DNA from: the human T2T-CHM13v2.0 reference genome, Homo sapiens | Direction: 5' to 3' (one strand) | NCBI RefSeq assembly: GCF_009914755.1 | Contig: NC_060928.1 | Length of the DNA stretch: 64,000 nucleotides | Part shown: piece by piece, positions 51,811 through 64,000 of the stretch | Layout: each line of letters begins with the position of its first letter | How positions within the stretch are numbered: position 1 is the first letter of the stretch | Position numbers and translations under genes: made by a program | Notes under the pieces: model-generated | What the model saw: the letters and a program-made list of their open reading frames with translations, nothing else | Database searches by the model: none | What the model was told of the DNA's origin: nothing

Positions 51811-53298
51811 AGTGAATGGGGCGTATATGCAGGTAGGTTGCTAACTTTGTTATTGGGAAAATGATAGCTTCCACTTTCCCAGCTGAGGAAGTGATGGGGA
51901 AGGGAGTTGCAAGTCTGTAGGAATGAGAGGTGTGGAGCATCACCTGGGAGAGTAGGAGAGTGAATGGCCCCGGAATGCCAGGACTGTGGCCAAGCTGCAG
52001 GTTTGGGTCAAAACTTCACATGAGCTGACTACTCATTTTGTTGCCTGGATGCAGACATGAAAAAATAAACAAAAAATAACAAATTTTCGAAATCTCTACA
52101 GTACACCAGAAAAATTGCATCTCCCCAGTCCTTTTCATATACCTATTAGGTGGCTTCCTCTGGGGTTCTGTCCTCATTCCCCCTCCTGAAATGGAAGGAG
52201 CAAATTTTCAAGGAGCAGTTAATGTAAGTAAGCTAGACGGCTAGACGGCTCTTCAGCGCTGTCTGAATCAAGTACTTAGTAGTTTTATGTTGTTCAAAAT
52301 ACATTTTAAGTGAAGTTAGTTATTTTGGGACTTCCTTTACTATATTGCCTAAACTACATCAATCAGAGAAACCACAGCTCCTTCATCGTCTCCTATTTCA
52401 ATGCGAGGGAAGTGGTCTGGACCAAGATTCCAGAGATGTGGACTCAACCTGTGATCTTGGACAGGTCACTTGTCCTCTTTGGCCTGCAGTTTGTTCAGCT
52501 GGAAAATGGCTGATTTAATATATGGTTACCTAAAAGTGTGGCTGTTATTCATGTCTTAACATTAGTCCGAGGAAAGAGGTCTCCTGGTCACAAACTTACT
52601 AATTGGGTAGTTTATAAAATAACAGCTTTAATTCACGTGCGTTGTAAGTACACTTTAAAGCAGGGCTTTCTAAACTTCAGACACCACAGACAGATCTTGA
52701 TGGATTTTGCCATTTCTGCACACCATTCTAATTTTATATTTAAAACTACTATGTGCTTAGTACTTTTAAAGTCAACTCACTGTTTGATGTAAATTTATTT
52801 TAAAAAGGAAGCATATCACTTTGGCAAATGGAAAATTAGTATCACTTTCTGCAACTAGAAGACTACCTTAAAATGTAATAAAAACAGTGTTATTAAACAC
52901 TAGCTATGCAGTATGGCCAGTGAAGAGAGCCCAAAGTCTATCCTTTTTTTAATTAAAAGGTGTGATAAGTAAGTAACGTTAGGTAAGGGTAAAAGACACG
53001 TAAACACCAAATTGAGTCTTTCTGCATGATGTGATCAAATGGATTTTGAGACTTTTCTTGAGTACTTACCTTACCATCCTACTCTGGAAAACACTTTAAC
53101 AAAAGGTTAACCAGTGCAGTTCCTTGACTATCAGTATAAAACAATATTAACATTTCTTAGTTTAACAGCACTTGTCTAGCTGCATGCAGATGGATGTTGC
53201 CTCTTAATTAAGGTTTCTGTAAACCTCATAAGGTATTTGCCAACATTGTCTATATCGGTACTAGAGTGACATTATCCTGACCCCAAAGGAGTTTCTAG

Positions 53299-64000
<10,702 letters not shown>

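Overview
This is human/primate genomic DNA, very Alu-rich, centred on the ING2 locus. ING2 has a CpG-island promoter (~40.6-43.3 kb), alternative first exons 1a (ATG 41986) and 1b (ATG 43057), and a shared PHD-finger exon 2 (47072-47742), giving 280-aa and 240-aa isoforms. Upstream lie a VTI1B retrocopy with an intact 231-aa ORF, nested with an LTR12C inside one Alu, and a decayed TOMM22 processed pseudogene. There is also a full-length THE1A MaLR, a fragmented hAT (Charlie-like) transposase fossil, several solo LTRs and L1/L2/MIR remnants. The most interesting unexplained signal is a chain of minus-strand exon-like segments (~38.3 kb down to ~31.5 kb), head-to-head with ING2. They have splice signals, partly consistent reading phases and protein-like frames broken by scattered stops, suggesting the divergent lncRNA is a decayed protein-coding gene. 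Repeat family calls and parent-gene comparisons come from recall of consensus sequences, not database searches. Repeat boundaries are approximate unless TSDs are quoted.
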